DNA of 62,051 bases from a virus (lineage: Duplodnaviria > Caudoviricetes): the IMG/VR virus record IMGVR_UViG_3300020220_000046, positions 1-62,051 of that record; one strand, given 5' to 3'. Made by a program: the position numbers and the translations under genes. Positions 49,389 through 60,119 of the stretch are shown here, in pieces (positions within the stretch are counted from its first letter, which is position 1; the number at the start of each line of letters is the position of its first letter). Under the pieces are notes generated by a model. The model worked only from the letters and a program-made list of their open reading frames with translations. It was not told the DNA's origin and ran no database searches.

Positions 49389-51221
49389 TTAAAATGTAGT
49401 CGAACCGAGAGTTCTTACTCTTATTTTGACATCTTTATTTGGAAATCTAATCTGAAATATCTGATTGGATTTCATATAGATTGTCATATCGGATTGTAAG
49501 ATTTGTTTGGTGGTTGTATCTGAATAATCTTGTGCAACTTCTGCGCTTGAATATTCACCACCTGTTAGGTTAAATACTCTAACGTCAACCACATTTACCA
49601 CGCCAGTAACTTGACCTATTAATCTATTTAAATCACCCACAAGTAATGGGTCTCCCATTTTTCTTTTTTCAATGGCGAAATAGTCAATAATGTCTTCAAT
49701 ACTATTTCTTATAATCTCAGTTTGATTTCCGTTTTTATCAATAACCAAATCTATCTCTAATCCTAAATCAATTACCTGACCGCTTTCAATGTCAACGTAG
49801 TCATTAATCATTCTATATTCGGACAAATAATTTAAAATATTACTCTTTAGTGTTGTAGATACTGTATCTGAAAGATTACCATTTTCATCATAAGATAACA
49901 ACTTGATTTTCACTTTGTTATCTTCTTCAATCACATTTACTTTTGCTGGTGCACCATAAGTAGATGGCATTGTCTCAATCAATGATTTATAATCGTTTAA
50001 GGTTACAGCTCGATTTTGTGCCGCAAAATTGTAAGCAATCATGTTTCTGATTTCTTCAATTGTTGGTTGGTCTGCTCCTCCAATTGCCGGTGTAACGTTT
50101 GTTACAATTAGTGATTGAGTTACCTGAGTATTAATAGACGAATTTGGTCCATTAATTACGAAATCAATATCATCAACACTTGTAATAACATCTACACCGA
50201 TGTTTGTGTCTTTACCACCACCTATTCTATATTTTATGAATAATGTTGTACCAACTTTTGGTAAAGCACCTAAAGACATATTATTTAGATATGTTCCAAG
50301 ATTAACTTTTAATGACCCGTTCATGTAGTCATCTAAGTTATCCATTGGGTCAACATTACCACTTCCAAATGTTACAGAAAAATAACCCTCTGGTGTATAT
50401 TCTGTAATAAATTTATTAGCAACACTTACGTATTTTCCTGCGGTAAAATTGTCTCTGTCAGATGCATTTGTCGAATCGGGTACGAATACTTTATCTTGCA
50501 TTAAAGATTTAACTTCATACCACTTATTTGTTCGGTCTAAAAATTCTGAGTTTGATGGGTTACCAGCAAAAGAAGTACCATCCTTGTGTATAATTGATGT
50601 TACACCCAAAACATTTTGTTCGGGTAGATAAAGTTTTAAGAATGGTTTTTGGTCTAATTCGGTAATTACTTTTCTGAAAATTCTTGATGCACCACTAACA
50701 ACGGCTTCTCTTTTTACAATAGTATAAGATAATAAACGATTGTTACCATCAAAATTAGGAATCTTCAATCTATTCGGTTCTCCCTTACTATTAAAAGGAT
50801 TTGAAAAATCGATGTTCTCGATTGCTTCAAATGCTTGTCCTCCACCGCTAATTTGTGCACCCGCCTTAATCGTACCTAAATAACGTTCATCTTCCTTATC
50901 GCCTCTAACAGGTACATTTACACTAAAATCACATAACGCAACTGATGGTCTTGTACCTGGTAGTCTAATACCATATGTTTTTGCGATATGAAATAGAGAT
51001 TGTCTTTGTTGGGCAAAATCCAACATAGTCTCTTGCCACACTCTATCAATATGATAATGTAGATTATCGGTAACTGCGGCATTTAAATCTAATAGTACAG
51101 AATAAATTGATGCGTCATTAGTATTCTTAACTAAGTCAGGATAGTATTCCTTTGTTAGGTTTACTAATTCTTGTCTCAAACCTGCAAAGTCTCTTGTTGC
51201 GTATGAAATCTTTTTTCCCAT
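49389..51221 (-). CDS. Baseplate wedge subunit (T4 gp6 / baseplate J-like)
   Basis: YATRDF..LR..L, GGAD.PTIEEIR...AQNRAVT.NDY, V.GV..V. Confidence 0.88.
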   Translation of the reverse strand: MGKKISYATRDFAGLRQELVNLTKEYYPDLVKNTNDASIYSVLLDLNAAVTDNLHYHIDRVWQETMLDFAQQRQSLFHIAKTYGIRLPGTRPSVALCDFSVNVPVRGDKEDERYLGTIKAGAQISGGGQAFEAIENIDFSNPFNSKGEPNRLKIPNFDGNNRLLSYTIVKREAVVSGASRIFRKVITELDQKPFLKLYLPEQNVLGVTSIIHKDGTSFAGNPSNSEFLDRTNKWYEVKSLMQDKVFVPDSTNASDRDNFTAGKYVSVANKFITEYTPEGYFSVTFGSGNVDPMDNLDDYMNGSLKVNLGTYLNNMSLGALPKVGTTLFIKYRIGGGKDTNIGVDVITSVDDIDFVINGPNSSINTQVTQSLIVTNVTPAIGGADQPTIEEIRNMIAYNFAAQNRAVTLNDYKSLIETMPSTYGAPAKVNVIEEDNKVKIKLLSYDENGNLSDTVSTTLKSNILNYLSEYRMINDYVDIESGQVIDLGLEIDLVIDKNGNQTEIIRNSIEDIIDYFAIEKRKMGDPLLVGDLNRLIGQVTGVVNVVDVRVFNLTGGEYSSAEVAQDYSDTTTKQILQSDMTIYMKSNQIFQIRFPNKDVKIRVRTLGSTTF

Positions 51222-51222
51222 G

Positions 51223-51675
51223 TTATATATTAATAATTATAAAGTCAGAAGAACTAAATGGTTCATTATTAATCTCGTAATCAATTCTAACTTTTGCGGT
51301 ATATGGTTTTGTGGCATTATTTGATACCCTGAACAATCTTGAATCTGAATCCTCACTTACACTTGATGGTTCTTCGGTGTCTTGGTCTGCGGGAGTTATT
51401 CTTATTGAATTTATATCGAGATTTGGAATAAACTTTTTAACTGTTGTTCTTATTTCATCCTCAATCGTTTGGAATGTCACCGCGTCATTTGGTTCAAATA
51501 TGAACTCGTATAGTCTTGTTCCAAAGTCAGGTAAATAATATCGAGTACCTCTTCTTGTTAAAATAAGATGTAACAAATTTGCTCTGATTTCTCTATCAGG
51601 AGCTTCTGTCATATTAAGAAACAATCCTTTCCTACTCTCTCTAAATGGAAAATCTATACCATACGTTGCTGCCAT
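51223..51675 (-). CDS. Baseplate protein gp25 (GPW/gp25 family)
   Basis: YGIDFPF, IRANL..LILT.RGTRY.LPDFGT.LYEFIFEP. Start moved to MAATYG, after TATTTAT at 51680-51686. Confidence 0.9.
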   Translation of the reverse strand: MAATYGIDFPFRESRKGLFLNMTEAPDREIRANLLHLILTRRGTRYYLPDFGTRLYEFIFEPNDAVTFQTIEDEIRTTVKKFIPNLDINSIRITPADQDTEEPSSVSEDSDSRLFRVSNNATKPYTAKVRIDYEINNEPFSSSDFIIINI

Positions 51676-51713
51676 ACAAATAAATATAAACAAAGATGAA
51701 ATACTAATAAATG

Positions 51714-51737
51714 AAAATCCCGACTTCGGTCGGGATT
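51714..51737 (-). terminator. Rho-independent terminator after nrdA
   Basis: 9-bp stem AATCCCGAC/GTCGGGATT with a 4-nt loop and a short U-tract. Confidence 0.8.
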
Positions 51738-51761
51738 AACACCATATTTCGGTAATATATT

Positions 51762-54197
51762 TTAGGAACCACAACCTTCACATTCAAATGGTGAGTCTGT
51801 TGGTTTTGGTGTGTTTAGCATTTCAGTCATCTTAACCTCTTCAGATGTATCCTGAATAAAATTATTAGTAGTTGGTACTTCGACAGACTCAACCACCGGT
51901 TTTACTGTTGATGTATCGATTCCAAGTCCTTTTAGTGGGTCAACAGCCGCTCTTGTTCTTAGGTAGTACATACCAGTTTTTAAACCAAGTTTCCAACCAT
52001 AAAGGTGTGCGGCTAATACTTTTTGTTTACTAGCATTATCGATAAATAAATTTAATGATTGTGATTGGTCAATATAGATTGAACGATTGGCAGCCATAGA
52101 TAAAATCTTCTTCTGAGACATTTCCCAAACAGTCTTAAATACCTCTTTGATATCCGTTGGGATTTCAGGGATATTTTGAACTGAACCATTTTCCATGATT
52201 AGTTTATTTTTAATGTCGTCCGACCATATGTTTCTTTCAAGTAATGCTTTAACCAAGTGCTTGTTGACCACGATAAACTCACCACCAAGTGTTCTTCTTG
52301 AGAATATGTTTGAAGTAAATGGTTCAAACGATTCGTTATTACCTAAGATTTGTGCGGTAGACGCTGTTGGCATCGGTGCAACCAATAAGGAATTTCTAAC
52401 ACCGAATTTAACAACCTCTTTTCTCAGAGATTTCCAATCCCAACGACCACTTGTGTCTTTATCGGTTTTACACCACAATTGATATTGAAAAATACCTTCA
52501 GATAATGGTGAGCCCAGAAAACTTTCATATGCCCCATTTTCTTTTGCAATGTCTTTTGATGAAACAAGTGCTGCGAAGTAGATAGTTTCAAAAATTTCAG
52601 TTTGTAGTTTGTCGGCGCCCTCACTTTCAAATGGAATTGATAACATACAAAATACATCTGCTAATCCCTGTACACCTAAACCAACGGGTCGGTGTCTCAT
52701 ATTTGAAAGTTTTGTTTCTTCAGTTGGGTAGAAGTTTAAATCAATTACATTGTTTAAATTCTTTACCAATTGGTACACGTATCCATATAAAAGTTGATGA
52801 CTGAATTCGCCATCAACAATATATTTTGGTAATGCAATTGACGCTAAATTACAAACAGCCTGTTCTGTTGGACTTGAGTACTCAATAATCTCAGTACATA
52901 AATTTGAAGATTTGATTGTGCCTAAATTCTTTTGATTTGATTTGTAATTTGCGTGGTCCTTATATAACATATAAGGTGTTCCTGTTTCAATTTGTGCAGT
53001 CAAGATTGCATCTATTAGTTTTCTTGCTTTTACAACCTTTCTCGCTCTTCCTTCTTTCTCATATCTTTCATACAATTCGGTAAATTCTTGAGTGAATGAA
53101 AATGGGTCATCGTATTTGTCAGATAAACCCGGTGCTTCATCAGGTGAGAATAACGACCAATCACCATCTTCTTCGACTCTTTTCATTAACAAACTTGGGG
53201 TCCACATTGCTAAGAATAAATCTCTTGCACGTAGTTCTTCTTTACCATGGTTTTTTCTTAAATCGATAAATTCAAAAACATCTGAGTGCCATGGTTCAAG
53301 ATAAATCGCGAAAGAACCTTTTCTTTTACCACCTTGATTAATCCAACGAGCAACTTCATTGTACGTTTTCATCATTGGAAGTAGTCCGTCTGATTCACCA
53401 CCTGTTCCTTTAATATATGAACCCTTAGCTCTAACGTCATGAACATGTAGTCCGATACCGCCAGCCCACTTTGAAATTTTAGCAACGTCTTTAATTGTGT
53501 CAAACAAACCATCAATGTCATCGCCTTTATTACCAATTAAGAAACAAGAAGACATTTGTGGTCTACAAGTACCGGCATTAAACAATGTCGGAGTTGCGTG
53601 AGTGTAGAAATGTTGTGATAAATCATCATAAACTCTCAAAGCCATTTCTAAATCTCCATTACAAATACCAACGGCAACCCTCATATACATATATTGAGGT
53701 CTTTCAACAATTCTTTTACCAATCTTCAAAAGATATGAATGTTCCAAAGTTTTAAATCCAAAATAATCAAAATCCAAATCACGTTCTTGTCTAATTGCTC
53801 CGTCTAATGCTTCTCTATTTTGAATTACAAATTGATATACCTCGTCAGAAATCAATGAGGACTCTTTACCTGTTTTAGATTCAATGAATGAGTGTAACTC
53901 TTTTATACATTGTGAAAACTTCTTAGGGGTTGTCTTGTGTAGATTAGATACCGCAAGTCTACCAGATAATTTAGCATAATCGGGATGTGTGGTAACAAGA
54001 GACGCTGCGGTCTCGGCAGCAAGAATATCTAATTCTACTGTCGATATACCGTCGTAAATTCCTTGAGTTACTTTTAATGTAACAAGTGTTGGGTCAACAT
54101 ATTCTATATTCAAATCATCACAGAAATATTGCATTCTTTTTGTGATTTTATCATATCTCATCTCCTCAAAGGAGCCGTCTCTTTTTTTAACTTTCAT
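51762..54197 (-). CDS. nrdA: Ribonucleotide reductase class Ia, alpha subunit
   Basis: ATP-cone VKKRDG, TPTLFNAG, SSCF, SNLCTEI, VCNLAS, PMPTAST, LKTGMYYLR, C-terminal CEGC. Confidence 0.97.
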   Translation of the reverse strand: MKVKKRDGSFEEMRYDKITKRMQYFCDDLNIEYVDPTLVTLKVTQGIYDGISTVELDILAAETAASLVTTHPDYAKLSGRLAVSNLHKTTPKKFSQCIKELHSFIESKTGKESSLISDEVYQFVIQNREALDGAIRQERDLDFDYFGFKTLEHSYLLKIGKRIVERPQYMYMRVAVGICNGDLEMALRVYDDLSQHFYTHATPTLFNAGTCRPQMSSCFLIGNKGDDIDGLFDTIKDVAKISKWAGGIGLHVHDVRAKGSYIKGTGGESDGLLPMMKTYNEVARWINQGGKRKGSFAIYLEPWHSDVFEFIDLRKNHGKEELRARDLFLAMWTPSLLMKRVEEDGDWSLFSPDEAPGLSDKYDDPFSFTQEFTELYERYEKEGRARKVVKARKLIDAILTAQIETGTPYMLYKDHANYKSNQKNLGTIKSSNLCTEIIEYSSPTEQAVCNLASIALPKYIVDGEFSHQLLYGYVYQLVKNLNNVIDLNFYPTEETKLSNMRHRPVGLGVQGLADVFCMLSIPFESEGADKLQTEIFETIYFAALVSSKDIAKENGAYESFLGSPLSEGIFQYQLWCKTDKDTSGRWDWKSLRKEVVKFGVRNSLLVAPMPTASTAQILGNNESFEPFTSNIFSRRTLGGEFIVVNKHLVKALLERNIWSDDIKNKLIMENGSVQNIPEIPTDIKEVFKTVWEMSQKKILSMAANRSIYIDQSQSLNLFIDNASKQKVLAAHLYGWKLGLKTGMYYLRTRAAVDPLKGLGIDTSTVKPVVESVEVPTTNNFIQDTSEEVKMTEMLNTPKPTDSPFECEGCGS

Positions 54198-54209
54198 TTT
54201 TAAAAATAA

Positions 54210-55184
54210 TTAAAAATAAATGTCATCAATGTTTGTTATGTCTTCAATAGACGATGTTGTTGCCACACCCGCTTTTTGATATTCGGCAACTCTTTTTTCA
54301 AAGAAATTTGTTTTACCTTGAATTGCAATATTCTCCATAAAATCAAATGGGTTATTTGAATTACATACTTTAGGTACACCCAAAGACATTAACAATCTGT
54401 CGGTAACGAACTCCAAATACTGAGACATCAAATCTGAATTCATACCAATTAAACGAACCGGTAGTGCCTCAAGAATAAACTCTTTTTCAATCTCTAATGC
54501 GCTACAAATGATTTCTTTTATTTTAGTCTGTGTAAGTTTCTTTTGAATATGATTGTTATACAAATGACAAGCAAAGTCACAATGCATTCCCTCGTCACGA
54601 GAAATCAGCTCATTTGAGAACGTTAATCCTGGCATTAAACCACGTTTTTTGAGCCAAAAAATAGAACAAAATGAGCCAGAAAAGAAAATACCCTCAACTG
54701 CAGCAAACGCGACAAGTCGTTCAACGAATGAGTCAGCGTTAATCCACTTGATTGCCCATTCTGCTTTTTTCTTGATAGCGGGTACAGTTTCAATCGCATT
54801 AAATAAACGATTCTGTTCTTCTTTATCTTTAATATATGTATCAATCAAAAGTGAATAGGTTTCACTATGAATGTTTTCCATCATGATTTGGAAACCATAA
54901 AACATTTTAGCTTCTGTGAATTGAACTTCGTTAATAAAATTCATCGCCAGGTTTTCATTTACGATACCATCCGATGCCGCAAAAAACGCCAAAACGTGTT
55001 TAATGAAATGATGTTCATCATCATTTAATTTGTTTCCCCAGTCATTGATGTCTTGTGCTAAATCAATTTCCTCGGCCGTCCAAAAACACGCTTCTTGTTG
55101 TTTATAAAGCTTCCATATATCGTGGTGTTCGATTGGAAAGAGGACAAAACGGCCAGGATTTTCTTGTAAAATCTTTTCTTTCAT
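54210..55184 (-). CDS. nrdB: Ribonucleotide reductase class Ia, beta subunit
   Basis: [54 protein letters not shown]. Confidence 0.97.
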   Translation of the reverse strand: MKEKILQENPGRFVLFPIEHHDIWKLYKQQEACFWTAEEIDLAQDINDWGNKLNDDEHHFIKHVLAFFAASDGIVNENLAMNFINEVQFTEAKMFYGFQIMMENIHSETYSLLIDTYIKDKEEQNRLFNAIETVPAIKKKAEWAIKWINADSFVERLVAFAAVEGIFFSGSFCSIFWLKKRGLMPGLTFSNELISRDEGMHCDFACHLYNNHIQKKLTQTKIKEIICSALEIEKEFILEALPVRLIGMNSDLMSQYLEFVTDRLLMSLGVPKVCNSNNPFDFMENIAIQGKTNFFEKRVAEYQKAGVATTSSIEDITNIDDIYF

Positions 55185-55201
55185 TTATTAAATTTATAGG
55201 A

Positions 55202-56575
55202 CTACCGATTAAGTAACTCTTGTCGTCTCTTAAATGCGTCAGCCGCCCTTTTGGTATTTGTTTTTACTTTTTCTTCTTGGTGACCGAGAAGTGTTGTTTG
55301 ACTTTCAGTATCAATTTTTAGATATTTGTTATCAAACTTGCAGTTGTTCCAAATAATACCATCTTGACCAATACGTGATTTAAGAAGTGTCATTGTTGCC
55401 AGGTTGTGTTCTTTTTGTTCAAGTGTTTTACCAACGGATAATACAACGTGACCAATCTGTGCCTTTTTGATTGACCCACCCATTTGGTCGGCAGTAACTA
55501 CTTCAGATGAGATTGATTCTCTATTTCCTTGAGTTGCTGTCCATATTGCAATATCAAATTCATGGGTCATAGCCTCAATACTTCTCATAACAGAACCCTC
55601 ACTTTTCCATTCTTCACCGAAAATACATCTTTCAGGTGAAATACAATCCACGTAATCGATTACCAAAAGGTCTAACTTTTTACCATCAGACAAGTGTTTT
55701 CTTATTCTTGATTTAATTTCAGAAATGGTGACAGAGTCACTTGGTAACTTCATTGTACTAAGTGAACCCGTATTTACTTCTTTAATTTCCTCAATAATTT
55801 TCTTAACCTCATCTTTTCTTTCGGATTGTGCATCTGACTCAATTCCTGTCCAAATGGTAAAGTGTTTTCTTTTGATATTTGATGGATTGTCCTCGAAGAA
55901 TATTTGAAGTACGTTAAAATTATGATTGTATGCTGTGTTTGAGAATAATGTTAATAATGTTGTCTTACCTGTTCCGGTAGGTGCTAATACAACCCCAAGT
56001 TCACCTCTACCTAAACCACCTTTAAGAACATTATCAACTCCTGTAATTCCTGTTGGAATTGCTTGTCTATTATCTTTTTCTAAAGTGGCATCAATATCAT
56101 GAAATACGTCCATTGATTCTTCAGGAGGAAGTCCTACCTGCATCGCCTTCTGAATAATAGTTTCAATCTTTGGGTAGTCTTGGAATGCTCCGTTTTCGAT
56201 GATGGTATTGATTTTCTTTAATTCCTTCTTTAGGTTCTGTTGTTTACAGAAATTCAACGCTTCGTCCTTAACAATAGAATTATCTTGTGTATTTGTTTTG
56301 ATGGATTCAAGTGTATCTAAGTGAATTTTTGCATTCTCTCGAGACCCCATCTCTGCAATAATTTTAATTGCCAAACTCTGATAGTCTGGTAATTTGCTGT
56401 GCGTCTTATAATATTCTTTAATGCACTCTGAAATGAATTTGAACGATACGTTGTCGAAATATTTACTTTCGATTACATCGATAATTTGTTCTCCATATTT
56501 TTTATCCTCTATAATTGACCTTAATAATGCTTGTTGAAATGACGTTCCTAACGTACCAAAATTCTTTTCATTCAT
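55202..56575 (-). CDS. dnaB: Replicative DnaB/gp41-like helicase
   Basis: IPTG, LAPTGTGKT, VIDYVD, WTATQGNR, LKSR.G. Confidence 0.92.
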   Translation of the reverse strand: MNEKNFGTLGTSFQQALLRSIIEDKKYGEQIIDVIESKYFDNVSFKFISECIKEYYKTHSKLPDYQSLAIKIIAEMGSRENAKIHLDTLESIKTNTQDNSIVKDEALNFCKQQNLKKELKKINTIIENGAFQDYPKIETIIQKAMQVGLPPEESMDVFHDIDATLEKDNRQAIPTGITGVDNVLKGGLGRGELGVVLAPTGTGKTTLLTLFSNTAYNHNFNVLQIFFEDNPSNIKRKHFTIWTGIESDAQSERKDEVKKIIEEIKEVNTGSLSTMKLPSDSVTISEIKSRIRKHLSDGKKLDLLVIDYVDCISPERCIFGEEWKSEGSVMRSIEAMTHEFDIAIWTATQGNRESISSEVVTADQMGGSIKKAQIGHVVLSVGKTLEQKEHNLATMTLLKSRIGQDGIIWNNCKFDNKYLKIDTESQTTLLGHQEEKVKTNTKRAADAFKRRQELLNR

Positions 56576-56595
56576 TGTATATATATATTATTTTT

Positions 56596-57039
56596 TTATA
56601 ATTTATGGTTCAAGTATCTTGTTTCCAGTTCTTCAGATGATAAAATAGCGGTTAACTCCGCCAAATATCTCTTCAGGTGGGGACGAATGTCCACCGTATA
56701 TCTCGTTTTTGGATGAAAGAAATACGCGGGGAACACCCTTTGAATAAATACTTCGTCACCCATCTTAATTTCCAACAAAAAAGTTTCTTTCGAGGTATCT
56801 TCCGTGGCTTCTGCAGACCCCAAACCATAAAAATATTCACGATTTTCGTAGAGATAATCCGAAGTTTTTATTTTTAAATCTTCAAAAATTTCGTCACAAA
56901 TATTTTTCACATAATAATGCATGTTGAGTGAACGACGAGATTTTGGGTTATGACCCCTGACATTAAAATAACGTTGGCAAATAATGTTTCCTTCAAGAGT
57001 TAAAAGAAATTCGAATTTAGTTACATCTTGATTAGTCAT
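56596..57039 (-). CDS. Hypothetical protein in the replication operon
   Basis: 147-aa ORF between the helicase and exonuclease genes. Confidence 0.8.
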   Translation of the reverse strand: MTNQDVTKFEFLLTLEGNIICQRYFNVRGHNPKSRRSLNMHYYVKNICDEIFEDLKIKTSDYLYENREYFYGLGSAEATEDTSKETFLLEIKMGDEVFIQRVFPAYFFHPKTRYTVDIRPHLKRYLAELTAILSSEELETRYLNHKL

Positions 57040-58051
57040 TGGTTTTTATTTTAATTATTTTTTTATTTTTTTCTTTTCTTGTTAATCTTAAAAAGGGGTT
57101 TAAGAAGTTTATCCATGCATCATCTAACTTGGGAAGGAGAAGGAAGATTCCGTCTTCTGTCATCATTTTCATCATATTCTTATATGAACGTCCTTCGGGG
57201 TCTAATCGGTCGTTTATTAAGGAAATAATCGACTCCTTTGCTTCATCCGTTAGGAATGGTTCGTCAAGACTCACAATTCTATTATTGACATCAAAAAATT
57301 CCTCTCCAAATACTCCGTATTTGGTCACTCCAGTTAGAAGATTAGTGATAAGACGATTATCCTTGTCTTCCTCAAATAAGATGTTAAATCGGTCTCTAAT
57401 GAAGTCTAATGTAATTCCCTCGGTCTTTAGTTCGGGAACCATGGTGAGAAGTCTTCTGACACCAAGATTCTTTATACCTGCAATATTATCAGATGGGTCA
57501 CCACATAACATCTTTACAATTTTGATGTTCTCTATTCGAATCTCCTCGTGGTCATAGACAAACATATCGTTAGGTTGATACATTCGACTATGTGTGGGAT
57601 TGAATAGTCTTGTGTTCTCCGATACAAGTTGGGTAAGGTCTCCGTCAGATGAGAATATAATTATACCTTCATTTGAGTGTTGGACATAATATGCTATGGA
57701 ATCATCTGTTTCACAATAGTCGTATTCTCCTTGTCTCACAAACAACTCTTCGAGGTATTGTTTTACTCTATTTCGTTGTTGTCCGTAAGAGTGGACTTGT
57801 TCCTCACTTCTAATTCGTTCCCTTCTGTTTTCTTTATAGTGGTGGTAGTATCTTCTGCGAGATGATGAACCTTCTTTACCATCCCAAAATACCACTACCT
57901 TATCTAATCTATGTGTCTCAATAGCTCTTCTAAGAGTATTGATGAAGTGGTATAATCCACCAATATGATTACCCTTGTAAAAGTGATTCTTTAATCCAAA
58001 AAAACCAATGGTTAATAAATTATCTCCATCAACCAATAAAATATTAGACAT
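57032..58051 (-). CDS. 5'-3' exonuclease / T4 RNase H-like flap nuclease
   Basis: LLVDGDNL, VFWDG, YKENR, ETDD, SSDGDL.QL, GDPSDNIAGI. Confidence 0.92.
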   Translation of the reverse strand: MSNILLVDGDNLLTIGFFGLKNHFYKGNHIGGLYHFINTLRRAIETHRLDKVVVFWDGKEGSSSRRRYYHHYKENRRERIRSEEQVHSYGQQRNRVKQYLEELFVRQGEYDYCETDDSIAYYVQHSNEGIIIFSSDGDLTQLVSENTRLFNPTHSRMYQPNDMFVYDHEEIRIENIKIVKMLCGDPSDNIAGIKNLGVRRLLTMVPELKTEGITLDFIRDRFNILFEEDKDNRLITNLLTGVTKYGVFGEEFFDVNNRIVSLDEPFLTDEAKESIISLINDRLDPEGRSYKNMMKMMTEDGIFLLLPKLDDAWINFLNPFLRLTRKEKNKKIIKIKTND

Positions 58052-58082
58052 TTCGTCTTATGTAATTTTCCGTTAAACAATA

Positions 58083-59114
58083 TCAATCTTCAGTATCTTC
58101 GTCAGCTATAGGTTCAAACTTAATATCTGTAACATTTGTAACTGATTCTCCGAATAGTTTACTTATGTAATCAAGATGTTCCTTAATATAATTTTCCCTT
58201 GAAATCTTTTCTTCTGCTGTTTCTTTTGCTCTCATGAATCCGTGTGGCGTTACCATAATTTTTCCATCTGCGAACGCAATACCATTAACATGATTCTTCA
58301 TTACTGAAATTTTACTTCTGGTTGCGATAGTAATGGTTCTCTTATTTTTTGTGATAGAGATTTTGGTAATACCAGCATTTTTCTCATTTCCAAAACGGAA
58401 AACCAGTGTTGAGTTTAACCAAATTGATTCGCCCCCTTTAGCTTTGATTTTTGGTTGTTCCCATGGGTTACTTGGAAGTTCTACCCAAGGTTGATTTACA
58501 ATCACAAGAGTATTCGTGTTTGTCTTATCCGCTCTTCTTGAACCTGAAATACGTTGGTTAATACCCATACCAATTTTATCAGAAAGAACTGATGCGTTGT
58601 GTTGTTTACCACCTTTACCTTCCCAGGTCATCTTACATGGTACAGAACCAACAGAATCCCAAAGGAACAATAGGTCATATGGTATTTCACCATTTTCTTG
58701 TGCATCAATCATTTCATTAATAAAGTCAGTAATTTGTTCAATATACTCGAAATCATTTCTAAAAATGAAATCACCTGTGAAAGTAATTTCACCTGTATCG
58801 GTATTAACATCTTCTTTAACCGGAACGCCCATAATCTCTGCGTGTTCAAAGTTGAACTTTTGTTCTGTAATAATGAAGATGGGTAATATACCCTTTTTAA
58901 TTGCGTCCGCAGCTGCCGCCAATAATGCGGTTGTTTTACCTGTATCCGTGTGACCAAGGAACATGTTAATGTGTCCAAGAGCAGGACCAGGTAAACCCGT
59001 TGCGTCCAAAAATGCGTTACCCAAATCTAAAAACCTATCAGGTTTGTAGGTCATTTTACTTGAGTATTTGGATGTTATACTAGAAATTGAAAAATCTTTT
59101 TTCTTAATAACCAT
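58083..59114 (-). CDS. recA: RecA/UvsX recombinase
   Basis: GHTDTGKTT, FLWDSVG, IVNQ, KGGE. Confidence 0.88.
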   Translation of the reverse strand: MVIKKKDFSISSITSKYSSKMTYKPDRFLDLGNAFLDATGLPGPALGHINMFLGHTDTGKTTALLAAAADAIKKGILPIFIITEQKFNFEHAEIMGVPVKEDVNTDTGEITFTGDFIFRNDFEYIEQITDFINEMIDAQENGEIPYDLLFLWDSVGSVPCKMTWEGKGGKQHNASVLSDKIGMGINQRISGSRRADKTNTNTLVIVNQPWVELPSNPWEQPKIKAKGGESIWLNSTLVFRFGNEKNAGITKISITKNKRTITIATRSKISVMKNHVNGIAFADGKIMVTPHGFMRAKETAEEKISRENYIKEHLDYISKLFGESVTNVTDIKFEPIADEDTED

Positions 59115-59127
59115 ATTAATATTTTTT

Positions 59128-59171
59128 AAAAAGGACTACTCTCAAGGACAAGATGTCCAAGAGAGAGTCCT
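59128..59171 (-). terminator. Long interrupted hairpin with U-tract between the SSB gene and recA
   Basis: AGGACU-CUCUC-UU-GGACA-UCU-UGUCC-UU-GAGAG-U-AGUCCU, then a U run. Confidence 0.7.
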
Positions 59172-59182
59172 GTATATTGTTC

Positions 59183-60031
59183 TTAGAATGGGAGGTCATC
59201 ATCCGCGCCATCACTTTCTTGTGGGTCTACTGGTTTTGTAGTTGTAGGCGAAGAGGGGGGCATGATTGTTCCACTTTCTTCTAAATTAGAAACCCATTTT
59301 TTGGTTTCACTATCCCACTTTGGAACTTCACCTTTGGCAACCATTTCTAAATATTCTTCGGGTTTTTTAGAATATACATCCGCCCATGTCAAATCATCGT
59401 TTACCCATGAGTCAGAAGTCCCCTTATCTGTGTGTAGTGGATTTTGGTCTTCGGGGATGATAGATGTGATTGTAGTATACTCTCGACCATTACCGGCTTT
59501 GGTTAATCCCAAAGTAATGATAAGGTCACGACCAATGTTTACATCGGTGATATCGCCTTTGTTTTTAAATAAAGGAAAGATTTTATCTAATACACCATCA
59601 CCTCTACTATTGTGTTTGAAACGCCAGAACTTAACACCATCCGGTTCGTTCTCTCTATCGATAACTTTTACAATATAGAACTTACGAGCTCTGTATTGAC
59701 GAGCAAGAACCTTGTCGGATTCAAGTCCTGTCATATTGAGTGCATCGTACACCTCGTTTAGGGGTGAACGTTTACCATCCTGTTTTGGGTCATATAGTTT
59801 AACCCAATTACCGTCCACCTGAACCTCATGGAAATACACCTCTTTAAATGGTGAACCACCATCTGTGGTAGGTAGGATTCTAATACGTTTTTCACCACTA
59901 CGGGCACCTTTTGGTAACAGGGTAGTAAAATACTTCTTTAATCGTTCTTCTTGTGAAACTTTGTTTGAACTGCCGCCAGCGGCTTGTTTGTTTTTCTCAT
60001 ACTGAGCTAAAACTGCATCAAATGTAGACAT
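59183..60031 (-). CDS. Single-stranded DNA-binding protein (T4 gp32-like)
   Basis: IRILP, PF..VYFH, DITD...GRD, acidic C-terminus DDDLPF. Confidence 0.85.
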   Translation of the reverse strand: MSTFDAVLAQYEKNKQAAGGSSNKVSQEERLKKYFTTLLPKGARSGEKRIRILPTTDGGSPFKEVYFHEVQVDGNWVKLYDPKQDGKRSPLNEVYDALNMTGLESDKVLARQYRARKFYIVKVIDRENEPDGVKFWRFKHNSRGDGVLDKIFPLFKNKGDITDVNIGRDLIITLGLTKAGNGREYTTITSIIPEDQNPLHTDKGTSDSWVNDDLTWADVYSKKPEEYLEMVAKGEVPKWDSETKKWVSNLEESGTIMPPSSPTTTKPVDPQESDGADDDLPF

Positions 60032-60068
60032 AAAATAAAATTTAAATTGGTTATATGTAAAATATAGT

Positions 60069-60098
60069 AAAAAAAAACCGGATTACAAAATCCGGTTT
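60069..60098 (-). terminator. Rho-independent terminator
   Basis: AAACCGGATT/AATCCGGTTT stem followed by a long U-tract on the minus strand. Confidence 0.85.
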
Positions 60099-60119
60099 GA
60101 AAAAAGTTTGAAAAATATT

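Noticed and set aside
51762-59114. Inteins or introns in nrdA, nrdB, helicase or recA
   Set aside because: Lengths are ordinary, the frames are uninterrupted, and no intein junction motifs were seen.
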